From NCBI RefSeq assembly GCF_009914755.1, contig NC_060945.1: DNA of 64,000 bases; one strand, 5' to 3'. Positions within the stretch are counted from its first letter, which is position 1; each line of letters begins with the position of its first letter. The DNA is from the human T2T-CHM13v2.0 reference genome, Homo sapiens. Below the pieces are notes generated by a model. That model saw nothing but the letters and a program-made list of their open reading frames with translations. It searched no databases and was not told the origin of the DNA. The position numbers and the translations under genes are program-made. Positions 60,215 through 64,000 of the stretch are shown here, piece by piece.

Positions 60215-61036
60215 AAAAAAATTACTGCATGCTTACTGAGTACAATATTTATATTTTTAGCCACGAAGAAATTTTTAAAACAGAGCCAGGGTCAAAATCA
60301 CTTCATCAGCTTGGGGTAGAATTAAGAAAAGACTTTGACTGTTATAATTCACATTTCTAAGTGTCCCATGAGTTTTATTAGTAAGATTTAGCAGGTGCGA
60401 AGCAGCTACCTTGGCCCTGTGCTCTCTGAAATCACCTTACCATAGTCTGAAACCATTCTACCATAGCTGTTCAAGAGAGAAGACTTTTAGAAATAGGAGC
60501 AATATTATAGGTCAAGTTGCAGAAAATATTAACATATTAGCTGATCTAGTGCCCAGTACCATTATGACAGCTATGCCTGCATAATATTAGCTACATATCC
60601 TAAGTAATTAAATTTCACATGGAATATATCAATGTTGTAAAAACTCAATGTTGTAAAGTATTTAATGTGTAGTAGAGAGGTGAAATATATGACAAATATA
60701 TGAGATAAATTTACCTTCAAACATCTTTGGTAAACAAAAAAAAAAGTCTTTTAACTTTTTCTTATTGTTGCTTCTCTTGTTTTTGCTATTGGTGTATTTT
60801 TTTCCTCCAATTTCTGAGGTATAAAAGCCAATAAATACTCTGTAAAGCAACAAATTCTGTTATAGTTCCTACAGAACCGATGCTCACGTGTCTTCACAGT
60901 GAACTTCTCTTAGTCCTATGTATGTGTTTGAGTGGTTTGTGTGTATATGCATATGTGTATATACATCATAAACATAAATACATATATATGTTTTGATCTT
61001 GCTATTTGCTCCACTCTTTGTAGTTTTCAAACATTA

Positions 61037-61585
<549 letters not shown>

Positions 61586-61671
61586 TCATGCTGTCCAGGG
61601 AGACTTATCTTATTGATGTCCTTTATATAATACCAATGACAGATACTTTCCATTTGAGTGGATATGCCCTG

Positions 61672-62089
61672 TGCTATGGTTTCCATGTCCTCTCCAAAAC
61701 ACGTTAACATTTAATTTCATATGTGGCAGTAAGGAGAGGTGAGTCCTCTAAGAAGTGGTTGAATCATGAAGGCTCTGTCCTTATGAATGGATTAAGCTAT
61801 ACATGGATTAATAAATCAATGGGTTTTCATGAGAAGAAAACTAGTGCCTTTATAAGAAGAGGAAAATAGACCTAAGCTGGCATATTAATGTGCTCACCTC
61901 ATCATTGTGTGCTACCCTGTACTGTCTCTAGATTCTGAAAACAGGCCCCACCAGCAAGAAGACACCGGACACAACCCCTTCACCTTGGCCTTCTCAACCT
62001 TTGAAACCTGTAAGAAATAATTGTTTGCCTTTATAAATTACCTAGTTTCAGGTGTTCTATTCTAAGCAGCAGAAAATGGGGCTAATACA
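61672..62089 (+). mobile_element. MSTD-like MaLR solo LTR
   Basis: tgctatggttt, tcatgaaggctctgtccttatgaatggattaa, ttataaattacctagtttcagg..gcagcagaaaatggggctaataca. Confidence 0.8.
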
Positions 62090-63191
62090 CTCCTAAAATG
62101 TATTTTTAATAGAATGCAAATTTGTTTTCTTTGTCTATAAAAGACAGTTATTTTAGCGGGTTTCTGCCAAATTGCATTTCTAAAGAGGATAATTTCTTGC
62201 AATAAAAGGAGCTGTTTCTTCTTCATACTTAGAATTCCACTGAATTAATAGGAACTTTGAAGATTTGTGGGTCTTGCATTTCTTTTCTGTACTAAATACT
62301 CACTTGTGATGCTTGTTGTTTCAGAAATCCTTTCTCCCTGCGGCTGAAGAAAAAAGTGTGCAGCTGCCTGATAACCTAATAATAAAGGATATCAGAGTCC
62401 TCTCTCCCCAATGAACAAACAAAAACATATTTACACATTCCAAAATCAATACAAAAGAAGTAATTTTGCTAAAGTCTAACAAAATACATTTCATTATAAC
62501 TATATATACACCTAAAATACACATTTGACCTAAACTTTGCTACTCTGAGGTCTAGCCATGGGTACGCAAGTCTAGAATTTAGATTGTTTTTGTTCGTTTG
62601 GGCCTTATTTATATAAATGAATACGTTCATCCTGGAAACAACCTATTTCGATAGAAAACAGATGGATACTGACATTTTGACAAAGGTTAATGTAATGGCA
62701 TTGCAGAAGAGGTTTATGTTTTTGTTTTTAAAATATAATGTCTATTCTTTTTGCCTTTTAGTTTTTGTCCTAAGTGGATTCATGCCTCAGTCATAGTAAA
62801 AATTTAAGTTAAAAAGTTTAAAACTTTTTTTAGCATGAAAAAAAACAACTTAAAACAATGTTTCAACAAAAATTGCAAGTTTCAGGGTACAATTGACAAG
62901 CACTCTTGTAAGGGGACTTTGGTGGAATGGGGGACACTCACCATGTCAGTATTTTTCGGGCTTCTGAAGAAAGTGCCTCAGCACAGACATTATCCTAGTA
63001 GTCCAGTTATCTGGGATGCTGGCATAGAAAGTGGCTCTGGCAGCATCACAGCAGAGGCAATGCCTTTGGCAAGAATCAGCATTTTAGATGTTACTTCAGC
63101 ACAAATAAAAAACTAGAAGCGACAATACAATCCAGAGTTGCCATATACAGGCCAAGAAAACTTATGACTCTGATGGCATGCATGTAGAGCA

Positions 63192-63440
63192 TAGAACTAA
63201 GCTATGAGCAAACAAAGGTATAAGAATGATACAATGGACTTTGGGGACTTGTGGGGAAGGGCGGTAGGGAGGCGAAGGATAAAAGACTACCAATATGGTG
63301 CAGTGTATACTCCTTGGGTGATGGGTGCAACAAAACCTCACAAATCACCACTAAAGAAATTACTTGTGTAACCAAATACCACCTGTACCCCAATAACTTG
63401 TGGAAAAATTTTTAAAAAGTAAGAAAATAAAAATAAAAAA
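63192..63440 (+). mobile_element. L1PB1-like 3' end
   Basis: aagaatgatacaatggactttggggactt, ggataaaagactac, caaatcaccactaaagaa, gtaaccaaataccacctgtacccc, then an A-rich tail. Confidence 0.9.
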
Positions 63441-63442
63441 AG

Positions 63443-63641
<199 letters not shown>

Positions 63642-64000
63642 TCAAATTATTTCAAATGGTTGTAATTGGAGCTGAAGTGACACTAAAGCCTATTTGAGTC
63701 AAACCAGCAGAATCTGTTTTTGTGCCTGATGTTCAGAGCTGTTTTAGCTATATTATAGACTGATGGCTTTCATTTTTCACTTCAAATTTCCCTGTATAGT
63801 CCACTATATTTTCTCAAGAGCTTAATAAGGACAAAAGCTAAAATGGAAGCTTATTGCTGTCAATGATTACCTGCCTGTTAATGTGTGTGTAGGTATATAT
63901 AATGCTAACAGTGCGATTTTTTCTTAACTACTATTTAAAGATGTGTCAATGGTAATTCATTTCACAGAGAGTAACACGAGCCTAAAAATAGAATAGGAAG

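Overview
Primate, most likely human, AT-rich genomic DNA with no supportable intact protein-coding exon. The ORF track is almost all repeat-derived noise. The window holds three retrocopies: a full-length, disabled TUBA1B-type alpha-tubulin processed pseudogene (2490-4250, minus), a Y3 RNA pseudogene (27384-27483, minus) and a 3'UTR-only retrocopy resembling HNRNPA3 (59387-60214). It also holds about 18 Alu elements or fragments, old L1/L2 pieces, MaLR LTRs including a complete MST provirus, and an 8 kb nested stack: MER6 contains MLT2A and a MER67-type provirus, which in turn contains LTR13, THE1 and two AluY. The most unusual signal is a recurring set of short locally templated copies: 39-310 bp segments copied from 0.5-3.2 kb away, several inverted, often at break junctions with AT-rich or microsatellite filler, plus fold-back palindromes. 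These look like fossil template-switch or double-strand-break repair scars. Repeat family names come from recalled consensus sequences rather than a search, and identity figures are hand counts.
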